Notes: generated by a model from the sequence alone, not told the origin. 32,000 bases of DNA from a cyanobacterium endosymbiont of Braarudosphaera bigelowii (GCF_020885515.1 NZ_AP024987.1:1459612-1491611); one strand, 5' to 3'. Positions 1-10,740 are shown, counted from the first letter of the stretch. Translations and numbers: made by a program.

Positions 1-945
1 GCTTATGCAGTCAAATTACCAATATTTCCTTTTCATACCTGGTTGCCTGATGCACATAGTCAAGCCTCTACCCCAGTATCTATGATATTAGCTGGTGTTC
101 TTTTAAAGATGGGCGGATACGGACTTATTCGTTTTAACATGGAAATGTTACCTAATGCTCACATTATATTTGCTCCTTTATTATTAATTCTGGGAGTTGT
201 AAATGTTGTCTATGGTGCATTTGCAGCATTTGGTCAAACTAACCTTAAGCGCCGTCTTGCCTGTTCTTCATTATCACATATGGGCTTTGTTCTTATTGGT
301 ATATCTTCATTTACTGAAGTAGGTATGAATGGAGCGGTGTTCCAGATGGTTTCACATGGTTTAATAGCTGCAGCCTTATTCTTTTTATGTGGTGCTACCT
401 ATGAACGTACTCATACTTTGATGATGGACGAGATGGGTGGACTTGCTTTAAAAATGCCTAAAACTTTTGCATTATTCACAACTTCAGCAATGGCTTCTCT
501 AGCTTTACCTGGTATGAGTGGATTTGTGGCAGAGCTTACTATTTTCTTAGGAGTCACTGAAAGCGACGCCTACACCGCAGCATTTAAAACTGTAGCCATA
601 TTTCTTACAGCAGTAGGTCTGATTTTAACTCCTATTTATTTATTATCCATGTTAAGAGTTGTTTTTTATGGACAAAGTAATGAAAAGCTGGAGTTAAGTA
701 AGTTTAATTTAGATGCTAAGCCGCGTGAAATATTTATATCAGCTTGCTTAATTCTACCTATTATTATTATGGGCTTATATCCTAAGCTAGCCACAGAAAC
801 TTTTGATGCAAAAACTGTAGAAGTGAATTCTAAAGTTCGCTCTGTTTTGCCAATAGTTGTACAAGAAGCAAGACTCCACTATCATCAGGACAATGTGAAC
901 AAAAAATTATTTCCTGCAGTATTAATTAATACTAAGATCAATTAA
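1..945 (+). CDS. ndhD: NAD(P)H-quinone oxidoreductase subunit 4 (NdhD/NuoM family), 5'-truncated by the window edge
   Basis: Frame 1 is open from base 1 ([19 protein letters not shown]...). The ORF-track start at 43 is the internal Leu of the conserved HTWLPDAH motif. The sequence is polytopic and NuoM-like up to the stop at 943-945. Confidence 0.9.
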   Translation, partial: AYAVKLPIFPFHTWLPDAHSQASTPVSMILAGVLLKMGGYGLIRFNMEMLPNAHIIFAPLLLILGVVNVVYGAFAAFGQTNLKRRLACSSLSHMGFVLIGISSFTEVGMNGAVFQMVSHGLIAAALFFLCGATYERTHTLMMDEMGGLALKMPKTFALFTTSAMASLALPGMSGFVAELTIFLGVTESDAYTAAFKTVAIFLTAVGLILTPIYLLSMLRVVFYGQSNEKLELSKFNLDAKPREIFISACLILPIIIMGLYPKLATETFDAKTVEVNSKVRSVLPIVVQEARLHYHQDNVNKKLFPAVLINTKIN

Positions 946-962
946 TTATGTAAAGATACATT

Positions 963-1021
963 TTTTACGATTTGAGGGGTGGGGCTATTATAATAATAGC
1001 CCCACCCCTCAAATCGTAAAA
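963..1021 (+). terminator. Perfect 28-bp-arm hairpin with a GC-rich core, 18 bp after the ndhD stop (terminator-like)
   Basis: 963-990 ttttacgatttgaggggtggggctatta is the exact reverse complement of 994-1021, with a 3-nt loop. The core gaggggtggggc/gccccacccctc stands out in AT-rich DNA, and a T-run follows within a few nt. Confidence 0.6.
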
Positions 1022-1235
1022 GACTTTTGTAAATTAAAAGCTGAAAATGAAATATATATTGTAAGGTTTAAAATATATATTGAGCAATCAAACTTGTCTA
1101 ACAAAATTATAGTTTCAATACATGAAAACTAGATATATAATTTAATTTAAGGTTCTCTTGTAAAATCAAAGTTGTTTTTTTACTTGATAAGCTTCTTGCT
1201 ATAAATACAACTAATATATATATAATAAGATTCTA

Positions 1236-1712
1236 ATGACCAAAATAATCTTAATAAAACAGAATGATATAGTTAACTTGGATATTAGTGTCATCACTAA
1301 TATTATCGAACCAAAATTAAAAAAAGAAGAGGTTATATCACTTGAACAAACCTTCACCTTTGATATTGAGTATCCCCAACCATCTAGCGATCCTAGAGAA
1401 CTATCTGAAATTTCTGAAATCCGTTTATGGTTTATTCGTCTAGATGGAATATACCCATGGATACCTTTTATTTTAGATCCCAAAAAAGGAGAATTAGCAA
1501 GATATACAGCAATGCTAGTTCCTCATCAGTTCAATAGAGTAAATGGAATCCAGTATAATTCTGAGGCACTAGAAATCTTTGTGATGCATAAGTTATTTAT
1601 CATATCTGATTGGCTAAAAAAACAAAATATCTATTCTATATTTCGTTTAAAAAATATTGCTCAGTTACTAGGCTATGATGTTGAAGAGAATTTTTTTAAA
1701 AAATTGTCTTAA
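1236..1712 (+). CDS. CRR6-like (DUF1817) protein, putative NDH-1 assembly factor
   Basis: 158 aa. The stretch DPRELSEISEIRLWFIRLDGIYPWIPFILDPKKGELARYTAMLVPHQF matches my recollection of the conserved core of cyanobacterial/plant chlororespiratory-reduction-6 proteins. It lies next to ndhD. Confidence 0.55.
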   Translation: MTKIILIKQNDIVNLDISVITNIIEPKLKKEEVISLEQTFTFDIEYPQPSSDPRELSEISEIRLWFIRLDGIYPWIPFILDPKKGELARYTAMLVPHQFNRVNGIQYNSEALEIFVMHKLFIISDWLKKQNIYSIFRLKNIAQLLGYDVEENFFKKLS

Positions 1713-1726
1713 TAAAAAAAAGAACA

Positions 1727-2218
1727 CTACACAATATTTTTATCAGATATTTCTTGTAGATGTTCCTTAACTGTTTTTCTCGTTATTGGATGTTTCCAGG
1801 TAGACGCTATAGTACAAAGGGGTAGCAAAACGAATTTACGTTTTGTCATTTGAGGATGTGGTATTTGTAAAAAAGGTGTCTCGATAATCAAATGTTCGCA
1901 TAACAAAATATCTAAATCCAGAGTTCTTGCACCCCATTTTTCATCTCGAACCCTTCCAAATCTTTTTTCAATATTCAATAAAACTTCTAATAATTTTTTA
2001 GGATTAATTGGTGAATTTACAATGACACAACCATTGTAATAGATAGGTTGTTTTGGTCCTATTGGAAACGTTTTATAGAAAGGAGAATATGAAGTTAAAT
2101 CTATATTAGGATACCGAGACAAAAGTATTATTACTTTATCCAAGATAGCACATGAATCTCCTAGATTACTTCCTAAAGCAACTGCATATTCAACCATATT
2201 TATTACGTAAAACATCAT
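1727..2218 (-). CDS. folK: 2-amino-4-hydroxy-6-hydroxymethyldihydropteridine diphosphokinase
   Basis: 163 aa with HPPK hallmarks: ALGSNLGD near the N-terminus, FGRVR..KWGARTLDLDILL, and IPHPQMTKRKFVLLPL. Confidence 0.85.
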   Translation of the reverse strand: MMFYVINMVEYAVALGSNLGDSCAILDKVIILLSRYPNIDLTSYSPFYKTFPIGPKQPIYYNGCVIVNSPINPKKLLEVLLNIEKRFGRVRDEKWGARTLDLDILLCEHLIIETPFLQIPHPQMTKRKFVLLPLCTIASTWKHPITRKTVKEHLQEISDKNIV

Positions 2219-2325
2219 ATAACTACTTTAAATTATTGATTATTAAAATATTTATTTAATCTTCTAATTTATATAGTTCAGTATCTTAAATATCCTTGAT
2301 AACTTTTAAAAGTTGATTGAAATTA

Positions 2326-4983
2326 TTAAAATTCAGCTTTATTCTTCGAACCTGTAATTTTGTCTGAAATATCTTCTAGTAAAGTATAGAGAACTGGTAC
2401 AACAATCAAGCTTAATGCAGAAGAAGTAAATAATCCTCCAAGGATCGCTACAGCCATTGGTTGTCTTAATTCAGCTCCAGCACCTAATCCAATCGCGATT
2501 GGCAACATTCCTAAGATACTTGAAGCAGTAGTCATTATTATTGGACGTAACCGAACTTCTCCTGTTCTTAAGATAGCATCATGACGACTCATGCCTTGTG
2601 CTCTAAGTTGATTAGTGTAGTCCATCAATAGAATGGCGTTTTTGTCTAAAAGTCCTAGCAAAAATATTAGCCCAATTAATGAAATCATTCCAAAATCATT
2701 TTGCGTAATTAATAGAGCAAACATTGCTCCAACTATTGATAAAGGTAGAGATAAAAATACTACAAAAGATTCTAAAAAGCGTCCGAAAGTTAAGTATAGG
2801 ATTATCATCATACATGCGATAGCAAAAAATAAGGTAATAGCAAATTCTTTAAAAATGCTAAGAACTTGAGCAGATGCTCCTTGGATCTCAAAATTAACAT
2901 TATCAGGTAAAAGTTTCGTGGTTATTTCTTTTACTTTCTTGGTAGTATCTCCTAAGCCTACGCCTTCAAATAAGTTAGCAGTTAAATATATAACTCTAGT
3001 TTTTTGAAAGTGTTCAATTAAAGAGTTATGGCTATTAATCGATGATAATTTAATATCTGCTAAACCTGATAAGCTATCTAAACGTCTTTTTAAATCTTGG
3101 GCCGTCTTCTCAAGACTTTCTAAGTTATCACTTAATAATGCTATTTTCAAAGGACTATCGTCACCAGTCTCAATAAAGAGAATATCCTCTACACTTATAC
3201 TTCCTCCTCTTAAAGTTGGAAATTTCCTTCTAAGTTCATTTTGAACCTGACTAGTGCTTAAAGATCTGTTTTCTTTGAGCCTGACGTATATCTTTCCTTT
3301 GAGCGGATTACCTTGATAGCCAGCAGTACTATAAACTGATAAGACGTTAGAATTTTCCAAAATGACGCTTTCTAATTTACTAGCAACACGATAATTTTTC
3401 CGCAATAGAAAACGTTCGGGAGACTGAGAAAAATCTTGAAATAAAGAAAAATTATTGTTATCTAAGTTTTTATCATGAGCTACTTGTAAACGCTTCGGAA
3501 TTTTAGGAGATGGCAAATTATAAATTACATTAAACTCTCCTCTATCTAGTTTTGGAATAAAACCTTGAGGAATGAATGGAATTAATGCAATTCCAATTAA
3601 AAAACTTACAAGAGCGGCGCTAATAACTATCTTTCTATTACATAAAGACCAATTTAGGAGTCGACGATATTCTTGGGCAAGAAAAAATGGTTTTTTATGA
3701 GTATCTAATGATTTTTTTGTTGGTTTTATCCAATATATTGCTAGAACGGGAGATAAAGTACGAGCTACTAACAGAGAAATTAAAACAGCTGCAGAAATAG
3801 TAATACCAAAGGGTTTGAAAAATTGTCCTAGGCTTCCCCCAATAAATGCAATGGGAAGAAAAACAGCAGCTAGAGTTAATGTCGAAGATATGACTGTTAA
3901 CCCAATTTCATCGGTGCCTTTAATTGCTGCTTCACGTGGAGTCATCCCATTATCAATATGACGAGTTATATTTTCTACATCTACAATTGCATCATCAACA
4001 ATAATACCTATAACAAGAGCTAATCCTAACAAGGTAATTGTTTCTAAATTGAATTTAGCTATAGCTATGACAATGAAAGTTCCCAATAATGATATAGGAA
4101 TAGCTAAAGCAGTAATTAAAGTTGCTGGAATATTACGTAAACAAAAAAATATAACTAGAACAGCTAGGATAATAGCTCCCATCAATGCTTCTAATGTTGC
4201 TTGACTAGCTTCTTCAATATAGTTAGCTTGATTCTCAGCAATAGTTAATCGAATATCAGGTAGTGTTGCACTTAAATTAGTTACTTCTTTTTGAACAGCT
4301 GCAGCAACATCCAAAATATTACTATCTGCAGTTTTAACTACTTGAACTGCTAGAATATCTTCTTGGTTAAGCCTAGTTAAAGTTAATAGTTCTGAGTCTA
4401 GTGCATCTCTTTCTTCATCTTGAAAGAAACCATCTCCTAGTAGTGAAACTCTTTTAACCCCTGACAAAGATTTAAGCGAAGGAATAATATTTTCTTTTGC
4501 AACCGATATTAAATTTTCAACCTCTATAGTCTTACTAGATATTGCATAAGTAACTGCTACAGATTCATTTAAATTAATAGCTTTAACTTCTTCTAAAACT
4601 GCATCAGAAGATAAACTTGCCTTTTCTAATGATTTTTTAATAGCTGAAGCTGACTCTTCTAAGCTTGATCCTGCAGGAAAACTAATATTAATTACGGTTT
4701 TACCAGGATAAGTGGAAGACATTAATTCTACTTCAGGAATTGAACTTAAAGCAGTTTCTAAAGGATTGGTAAGTTGTTGCTCGGTTTCTAAAGTGGTTTC
4801 TAGGGGTATATTTCCACTAACGATAATTACGGGAAAAGAAATTTCAGGAAATAAGGCGTATTTTAGAGAATTAAAGGCGAATATACCTGAAATAGCAATA
4901 GTAATTACTATAAACAAGGTGACTTTTGTATATTTAATTGCTATGCGGGAAATGTTTAGGTATTCTCGCCAAGATTTTTTCAT
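2326..4983 (-). CDS. RND (AcrB/AcrD/AcrF-type) inner-membrane efflux transporter, short 885-aa form
   Basis: 12-TM RND layout. It has the TM4 proton-relay motif GIIVDDAIVDVENI and the TM10 motif LGLLDKNAILLMDY. Both periplasmic loops are shorter than in AcrB (see finding). Confidence 0.85.
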   Translation of the reverse strand: MKKSWREYLNISRIAIKYTKVTLFIVITIAISGIFAFNSLKYALFPEISFPVIIVSGNIPLETTLETEQQLTNPLETALSSIPEVELMSSTYPGKTVINISFPAGSSLEESASAIKKSLEKASLSSDAVLEEVKAINLNESVAVTYAISSKTIEVENLISVAKENIIPSLKSLSGVKRVSLLGDGFFQDEERDALDSELLTLTRLNQEDILAVQVVKTADSNILDVAAAVQKEVTNLSATLPDIRLTIAENQANYIEEASQATLEALMGAIILAVLVIFFCLRNIPATLITALAIPISLLGTFIVIAIAKFNLETITLLGLALVIGIIVDDAIVDVENITRHIDNGMTPREAAIKGTDEIGLTVISSTLTLAAVFLPIAFIGGSLGQFFKPFGITISAAVLISLLVARTLSPVLAIYWIKPTKKSLDTHKKPFFLAQEYRRLLNWSLCNRKIVISAALVSFLIGIALIPFIPQGFIPKLDRGEFNVIYNLPSPKIPKRLQVAHDKNLDNNNFSLFQDFSQSPERFLLRKNYRVASKLESVILENSNVLSVYSTAGYQGNPLKGKIYVRLKENRSLSTSQVQNELRRKFPTLRGGSISVEDILFIETGDDSPLKIALLSDNLESLEKTAQDLKRRLDSLSGLADIKLSSINSHNSLIEHFQKTRVIYLTANLFEGVGLGDTTKKVKEITTKLLPDNVNFEIQGASAQVLSIFKEFAITLFFAIACMMIILYLTFGRFLESFVVFLSLPLSIVGAMFALLITQNDFGMISLIGLIFLLGLLDKNAILLMDYTNQLRAQGMSRHDAILRTGEVRLRPIIMTTASSILGMLPIAIGLGAGAELRQPMAVAILGGLFTSSALSLIVVPVLYTLLEDISDKITGSKNKAEF

Positions 4984-5149
4984 AAAAATTCGTACCTTTT
5001 TACACCATTTACATAATTAATACATAGTTAAATCATGAGCCTACTTTAAAAGCTAGGCTTTAATAAAGTTTTGGAGTTATTGTTTCTACTAGTAATATTT
5101 TTATAGTATCTTTCGAAAATATTTAGTATCTTCTCTATTATCTGAAATT

Positions 5150-5497
5150 TCAACTATCAAAAAGAATATTATCGAAAATAGCTTGAAAGCAAGTCTCTCC
5201 AAATTTAGTTAGAGTTTGTCTAGCTTTACCATCTTTAGCACGATATTTATTGTAAAGTGTAGAGAATGCTTGACTAGAATATTTTTTCTTTAGCGAACGG
5301 ATAGTACAGTTGCATCCTTCTTTCGCTTCATTTTCATTTAGTCCAGCTTTCTTTGCTTCAGGAACGCATGCTTGATTGTAAAATTGTGTGAATGGGTCAG
5401 CAGCGTTTACATTAGAAGAGACAAGTATTGTACTTAATCCTAAAGAGCAACACACCACATTTGTTAATAACTTCTGATTTATATTCATATTGTACAT
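5150..5497 (-). CDS. Small secreted Cys-containing hypothetical protein
   Basis: 115 aa. The N-terminal hydrophobic signal-like segment ends VNA/ADP. The mature part is Lys-rich with 4 Cys. I recognise no family. Confidence 0.45.
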   Translation of the reverse strand: MYNMNINQKLLTNVVCCSLGLSTILVSSNVNAADPFTQFYNQACVPEAKKAGLNENEAKEGCNCTIRSLKKKYSSQAFSTLYNKYRAKDGKARQTLTKFGETCFQAIFDNILFDS

Positions 5498-5718
5498 AAG
5501 GGCATAACAAGATTATAGATTAATACCTTGCATCCTTGCCTTGCAGTCTATTATTTAATATTATGGTAGTAACACTAACATTATACTGGTTATTTCTACT
5601 GTACAACTTGTTTTGACAAAGAAAATGTAGTTTAAGGTTCTTAAGAAAAATTTGAGATTTATATATTATTAATTTCTGTTTTTATTTAATAATCTTTGCT
5701 ATAGTATAAATATTGTTC

Positions 5719-5789
5719 GGCGGCATGGCCAAGTGGTAAGGCAGAGGTCTGCAAAATCTTTATCCCCAGTTCGAATCTGGGTGCCGCCT
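5719..5789 (+). tRNA. tRNA-Cys (anticodon GCA)
   Basis: Cloverleaf read by hand. Acceptor stem ggcggca/tgccgcc, anticodon loop ct-gca-aa, T-arm cccagttcgaatctggg. No encoded CCA. Confidence 0.9.
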
Positions 5790-5975
5790 TATTTTATATA
5801 TTTATAAGTTTTTCGTTCAATTTACTACTCTGAACGAGAGACTTGTAAGTCAACCGAGCTACATACAATTGATAATTACTAGTTAATAAGTAACATTTAA
5901 TAAGCTTATTACTCGATTTCGTATGTTAAAGTATTAATCCATACCTCAGTTTTCGACTAAAATATCCTTTAACTA

Positions 5976-6806
5976 TTAAAGATTACTAGAATCTAGACTT
6001 TCAGCTACTTCTGGAGAAAGAGGTAAATGTAAACCACATTCTTGTTTTAATCCGTGAAAACGAGTGTCTCGTTCATTATTGTCATCTGCTTTCATTGGAC
6101 GACTTGAATGCCAATCTCCCACACTAACATATCCTTTTTCAAAGTAGGGGTGATATGGAAGTTCATTAACAGTTAAGTAATTATAAACATCACGAGAGTT
6201 CCAGTCTAAAATAGGATGTATTTTATATTGTTTCTCTCGTAAAACAATTGTTTCTAGAGATTTGCGGTGTTCTGTTTGTTGACGACGTAAACCAGCTAGC
6301 CAAGCCGTAGAATTAAGTTCTTTTAAAGCTCTTTGCATTGGTTCAACTTTACGCATAAAATCATAGCGGTTTAGAGCATTAACATTTTGGTGTTCCCATA
6401 ATTTACCATAAAGAGCTTCCATTCTTGCTGGAGTAAGAGAAGATTGATAGACTTTTAAATTTAGGTTAAGTCGTTCAGTTAGTTCTTGGGCAAATCGATA
6501 AGTTTCTGCAGGAAGGTAACCCGTATCAACCCAAATAACTGAAATATCCGGAACTACTCTAGTAGCTAAATGTAACATTACTGCAGCTTGAATACCGAAA
6601 CTTGTGCTGATAACTAGCCCATTACCAAAAGTTTCTGCTGCCCACTCTATAACTTGTTGAGCGCTGGCATCTTTTAGTTTATGTTTAACCTCTTCTAAAG
6701 ATAAATCAGGTCTACCAATTTCTTGAGCATCGGTATTGTAAAGATGTTCAGAAAGCTGCTGATTATTCAGATAAGTATTTACAGAACGGAAATCTGATTT
6801 GGACAT
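5976..6806 (-). CDS. cysH: Phosphoadenosine phosphosulfate (PAPS/APS) reductase
   Basis: 276 aa with a PAPS_reduct-type fold and the C-terminal catalytic motif KQECGLH. There are no extra Cys pairs for an Fe-S cluster. Confidence 0.85.
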   Translation of the reverse strand: MSKSDFRSVNTYLNNQQLSEHLYNTDAQEIGRPDLSLEEVKHKLKDASAQQVIEWAAETFGNGLVISTSFGIQAAVMLHLATRVVPDISVIWVDTGYLPAETYRFAQELTERLNLNLKVYQSSLTPARMEALYGKLWEHQNVNALNRYDFMRKVEPMQRALKELNSTAWLAGLRRQQTEHRKSLETIVLREKQYKIHPILDWNSRDVYNYLTVNELPYHPYFEKGYVSVGDWHSSRPMKADDNNERDTRFHGLKQECGLHLPLSPEVAESLDSSNL

Positions 6807-7477
6807 ATGATAATTCTTTTATACATTCAATAATTATGTTTTAAGAAAAGTAACTACAATATAATATAAAATTAGAAGGCAACAGTTAATCTTGTACAAT
6901 TATATCTTGATTGATTTAGAGTAGATATCTTAATTACAATAATAAAGCAGAATTTAATAATTTATACCGAAAAAAGTTACTAATATAAATTTATACAAAC
7001 ATTTGTTATTTGTGCAAATTTACAAAATTATCAAGTAGATTTTAAATAATTATTCTAAGAATAAAAATCTTCCATAGATATTAAAAATAAAGCATTCTAA
7101 AAATAACAGCTACTTTTTATATTTTTGCAGATTCTTAAAAAGCTATTCAAAGATTATTTCTTAATAACTACGAAATGTCTCATTTTTATTCTACTTGTCA
7201 TGTAATAAAATTGATTTCTATATTAAAGTTTTGTACTCCATAAAATTTTTTGCATAGCAAAGATTTTTCCTAATCTACATGTTGTTTGCTACTGACTTCC
7301 TACCAAAAATATAGATATTTTAACAGTCAGAATTATAAGACAGCTTTAGACTTTAATAACTCATAATCACCTGGGGAAAATATTATGAAGTACTTCTAGA
7401 AACAAAAAATTTAAATATAATTATTTAGAATATTAAAAAATTAAGTTTAGTAGTTAAATTGATTATTTTCTTTATTT

Positions 7478-8209
7478 TTATAACTCTTCTCCAGGTTCTA
7501 AAATACGTTGAAAAAGATATCCAGTACCTCTCGCTGTTAGTATTAGTTCAGGATTACTTGGATCATCTTCTAACTTTGCTCTTAAACGAGAAATATGAAC
7601 ATCTACTACTCTAGTATCTACGTGGCGTTCTGGAGTATATCCCCATACTTCTTGTAATATTTCTGAGCGAGAGAAAGGTTCACCAGAACGGCTTACTAAC
7701 AATTCCAATAAACTAAATTCCATTCCTGTTAAACGTATACGCTCATCACCTTTATAAACTTGACGTTTATTTGTATCAATTTTTATCGAGGCAATAGAAA
7801 TTACCCCAGAATTAGGAATTCCTGGAGTACTGCTTTTCTCTACTCGTCTTAATACAGAACGGATCCTCGCCTCTAACTCTTTTGGTGAAAAAGGTTTAAC
7901 TACATAATCGTCAGCTCCTAATTCTAGTCCTGTAATACGATCAGCAACATCTCCTAAGGCGGTCAACATTATAATTGGTATATCTGATTCTTTACGTAAT
8001 TCTTGACATACTCCATAACCATCTAATTTTGGCATCATTACGTCTAAAACGACCAAGTCAGGTACTGTATTATAAAAAATCTCTAAAGCTTCCTCTCCAT
8101 CAGCAGCTGTTACAACATCATAGCCAATCATAGAGAGACGAGTCTCTAAAATGCGACGTATACTTGCTTCGTCATCAACTACTAGGATTTTCTCTTTATA
8201 TGTTTCCAA
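7478..8209 (-). CDS. rpaB: OmpR-family response regulator, RpaB/Ycf27 type
   Basis: ILVVDDEASIRRILETRLSMIGYDVVTAADGEEAL...DVMMPKLDGYGVCQELR receiver domain plus a winged-helix C-terminus (LTARGTGY). The start codon is TTG (rc of 8207-8209). No in-frame ATG alternative exists near the conserved N-terminus. Confidence 0.85.
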   Translation of the reverse strand: METYKEKILVVDDEASIRRILETRLSMIGYDVVTAADGEEALEIFYNTVPDLVVLDVMMPKLDGYGVCQELRKESDIPIIMLTALGDVADRITGLELGADDYVVKPFSPKELEARIRSVLRRVEKSSTPGIPNSGVISIASIKIDTNKRQVYKGDERIRLTGMEFSLLELLVSRSGEPFSRSEILQEVWGYTPERHVDTRVVDVHISRLRAKLEDDPSNPELILTARGTGYLFQRILEPGEEL

Positions 8210-8453
8210 TTTTACTCACACTCCCTAATTATTAAGTAAAGTTATCAGCTTCTATTAAGTTAAATAGCTAACTATCAGTTTCAATAAGATTCAGAATATT
8301 TTTTTGTTATCCTTGCGTTTAAGTTATTGATTTAGAATATAAGTATAATATAAGTCTAAAAGTAAATATTTTCCTAACACTTTTTATCGTTTTCTCTTTT
8401 TTTAAACTATATTCAATTCTTTAATTTTTTTTAATGATTCTACAAATTTAATT

Positions 8454-9917
8454 ATGGTTAAGAAACGAACCGTATATATATGCAGTATGTGTGGGACAGA
8501 ATCTGTTCAATGGTTTGGTAAATGTGAATCTTGTCAAAGTTACGGAACTCTAGAGGAACAAATTATCGTAATACCAAGCCCTTCTGAAAACATTTTAAGA
8601 AGAGAAAAGATATCCTATTCTAGCAAAGAGAATAACCTTCGAAATACGCCAAAACCAAATATTTCAAGTTGTTTTGACGAAATTACGGAAAATGAGAAAA
8701 TGCAATTTCACTCTGGATATAAGGAATTAGATAGAGTTTTAGGGGGTGGAGTTGTTCCAGGCTCTTTAGTTTTAATTGGTGGTGATCCTGGTATTGGAAA
8801 ATCAACTTTATTGCTACAAGTAGCTAATAAATTAGCTCAACAATTACCTCGTATTTTATACATTTCTGCAGAAGAGTCAGCACAACAAATTAAGCTACGT
8901 GCTTCTCGTTTGATGATGTTAAATACTGAGAAAATAAATAATAAAAATATAGAAAAAAAAGAGCTAGAGAGATGTAATAGTAAAAGTCTTTTTATACTAT
9001 CAGAAACAAATCTAGAAGAGATTCTTAGAGAACTAGAATCTCTTCAGCCGCAAGTAGCTATTATTGATAGTATTCAAACCTTATATCTTGCAACATTGAA
9101 CTCAGCTCCTGGTTCTATTTCCCAGGTTAAAGAGTGTACGTCAATCTTGATGCAATTAGCAAAGAGAGATAACATCACTTTATTTATTGTTGGACATGTA
9201 ACAAAAGAAGGAACCATTGCTGGTCCTAGAGTATTAGAGCATTTAGTGGATACAGTACTATACTTCGAAGGAGATAGATACGCTTCTCATCGTCTTTTAA
9301 GATCAGTCAAAAATCGTTTTGGTGCTACTCATGAAATTGGTATTTTTGAAATGATTGAAAGTGGGCTGGTAGAAGTGAAAAATCCCTCAGAATTATTTAT
9401 GGGAAATCAAAATGAGATGGTACCTGGAACATCTCTCGTTGTTACCTGTGAAGGTACTCGACCCTTAGTTGTCGAATTACAAGCCTTAATCAGTCCAACT
9501 AGTTATTCTTCTCCTCGCCGTTCCACAACAGGTATAGAATATAGCCGCCTACAGCAAATATTAGCCGTATTAGAAAAAAGAGTGGGAATTCCTTTGTCTA
9601 AATTAGATGTATATGTTTCATCTACAGGGGGTTTAGGTGTTGAAGAGCCTGCAGCAGATCTAGGAATAGCAATCGCTATTGTTGCTAGTGTTAAAGATCA
9701 AATAATTATTCCAAATACTATATTAATTGGTGAGATAGGATTAGGTGGGCAAGTTCGTTCGGTACCACAAATAAAACTACGCTTAAAAGAAGCTGTTAAA
9801 TTAGGCTTTACAAGAGCTATCATTCCAAATGGTAAAAATTATACTTTCAATATTAATTTAGAGATTATCTCTGTAGGAACAGTAATTGATGCTATTAATG
9901 CTGCTTTTTTGGGTTAA
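8454..9917 (+). CDS. radA: DNA repair protein RadA/Sms
   Basis: N-terminal zinc ribbon CSMCG...CESC, Walker A GGDPGIGKST, KNRFG motif and a Lon-like C-terminal domain. A Lys/Asn-rich insertion follows RLMML. Confidence 0.9.
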   Translation: MVKKRTVYICSMCGTESVQWFGKCESCQSYGTLEEQIIVIPSPSENILRREKISYSSKENNLRNTPKPNISSCFDEITENEKMQFHSGYKELDRVLGGGVVPGSLVLIGGDPGIGKSTLLLQVANKLAQQLPRILYISAEESAQQIKLRASRLMMLNTEKINNKNIEKKELERCNSKSLFILSETNLEEILRELESLQPQVAIIDSIQTLYLATLNSAPGSISQVKECTSILMQLAKRDNITLFIVGHVTKEGTIAGPRVLEHLVDTVLYFEGDRYASHRLLRSVKNRFGATHEIGIFEMIESGLVEVKNPSELFMGNQNEMVPGTSLVVTCEGTRPLVVELQALISPTSYSSPRRSTTGIEYSRLQQILAVLEKRVGIPLSKLDVYVSSTGGLGVEEPAADLGIAIAIVASVKDQIIIPNTILIGEIGLGGQVRSVPQIKLRLKEAVKLGFTRAIIPNGKNYTFNINLEIISVGTVIDAINAAFLG

Positions 9918-10293
9918 AAGATTATGAGCAAAGAGTACTGGAATTTTTAAGTACTTTAAATATGCCGTAAATATAGAAAATTATATTTTTGTAGCTTAGT
10001 TAAACATCATTAGTCAATATAGAGCAGTGAAGGAAAATATTTTAAAGTTCTAAAATATTTTTCTAATTTCAAAGAATAATAATTCTTGATAAAGTTTTTG
10101 AAATAATTGAAATCTCTATTTTTATTATTAACACAAAAAACAGTTTTATAATCGTTTCAAAGTTAGATTAAAATTGCAAGTAATTTTGTACAATTGAATT
10201 TTATAGATGAAATAACACTTCATGTTTAACGTATGACATAATCTTTAACTTTTGGGTAAGATATAAATAACTGAAATTTAAAACGTATATCTT

Positions 10294-10740
10294 ATGTTTT
10301 CTACATCTACTATATTAACTAAATATGTGTTAAAAGCATTAAGACTTACCTTACCTATTGTTATTAGTATATTTACAATAAAAGTCAGTGAAGATAAGGC
10401 CTTCGCTCAAACATCTGCATTACCTACTACTTTAACTGTTCGCTCTGATATTCAAGAAGCAAATTCTGAAACTGGTACTGTGACAGCTAGAGGAAACGTT
10501 CAGTTTTTTTATCCTGCTCGTAAACTTCAAGGAACTGCTGCTCAGGCTCAATATTTTAGTCGAGAGCGACGTCTAGTTTTGACGGGTAATGTTTATATTC
10601 TTGAAAATGGAAATAGTATAAGATCTGAAAGTATGGTATATCTAATGGATGAAGGACGGTTTATTGCAACTCCAGAGCCAACTCAACAAGTAGAATCAAT
10701 ATATTTAGTTGCTCCAGATTCAGAAACGGCTCCATATTAA
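10294..10740 (+). CDS. OstA/LptA-like periplasmic LPS-transport domain protein
   Basis: 148 aa with an N-terminal hydrophobic anchor/signal. It has an OstA-like beta-jellyroll pattern (TARGNVQFFYP...AQAQYFSRERRLVLTGNVYI) and sits directly upstream of lptB. Confidence 0.6.
   Translation: MFSTSTILTKYVLKALRLTLPIVISIFTIKVSEDKAFAQTSALPTTLTVRSDIQEANSETGTVTARGNVQFFYPARKLQGTAAQAQYFSRERRLVLTGNVYILENGNSIRSESMVYLMDEGRFIATPEPTQQVESIYLVAPDSETAPY

Noticed and set aside
1211-1483. 90-aa minus-strand ORF overlapping the CRR6-like gene
   Set aside because: It lies entirely antisense to a better-supported, motif-bearing ORF. The sequence is low-complexity and Ile/Ser-rich, typical of a shadow frame in AT-rich DNA.
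2633-5020. Plus-strand ORFs 2633-2869 and 4712-5020 inside the RND transporter gene
   Set aside because: These are antisense shadow ORFs within a long, clearly real minus-strand CDS. No motifs.
5538-5591. 17-codon hydrophobic mini-ORF (MVVTLTLYWLFLLYNLF) upstream of tRNA-Cys
   Set aside because: It is too short and matches no small photosynthetic or thylakoid peptide I know (PetN, PetG, PsaM and similar). Coordinates are approximate.
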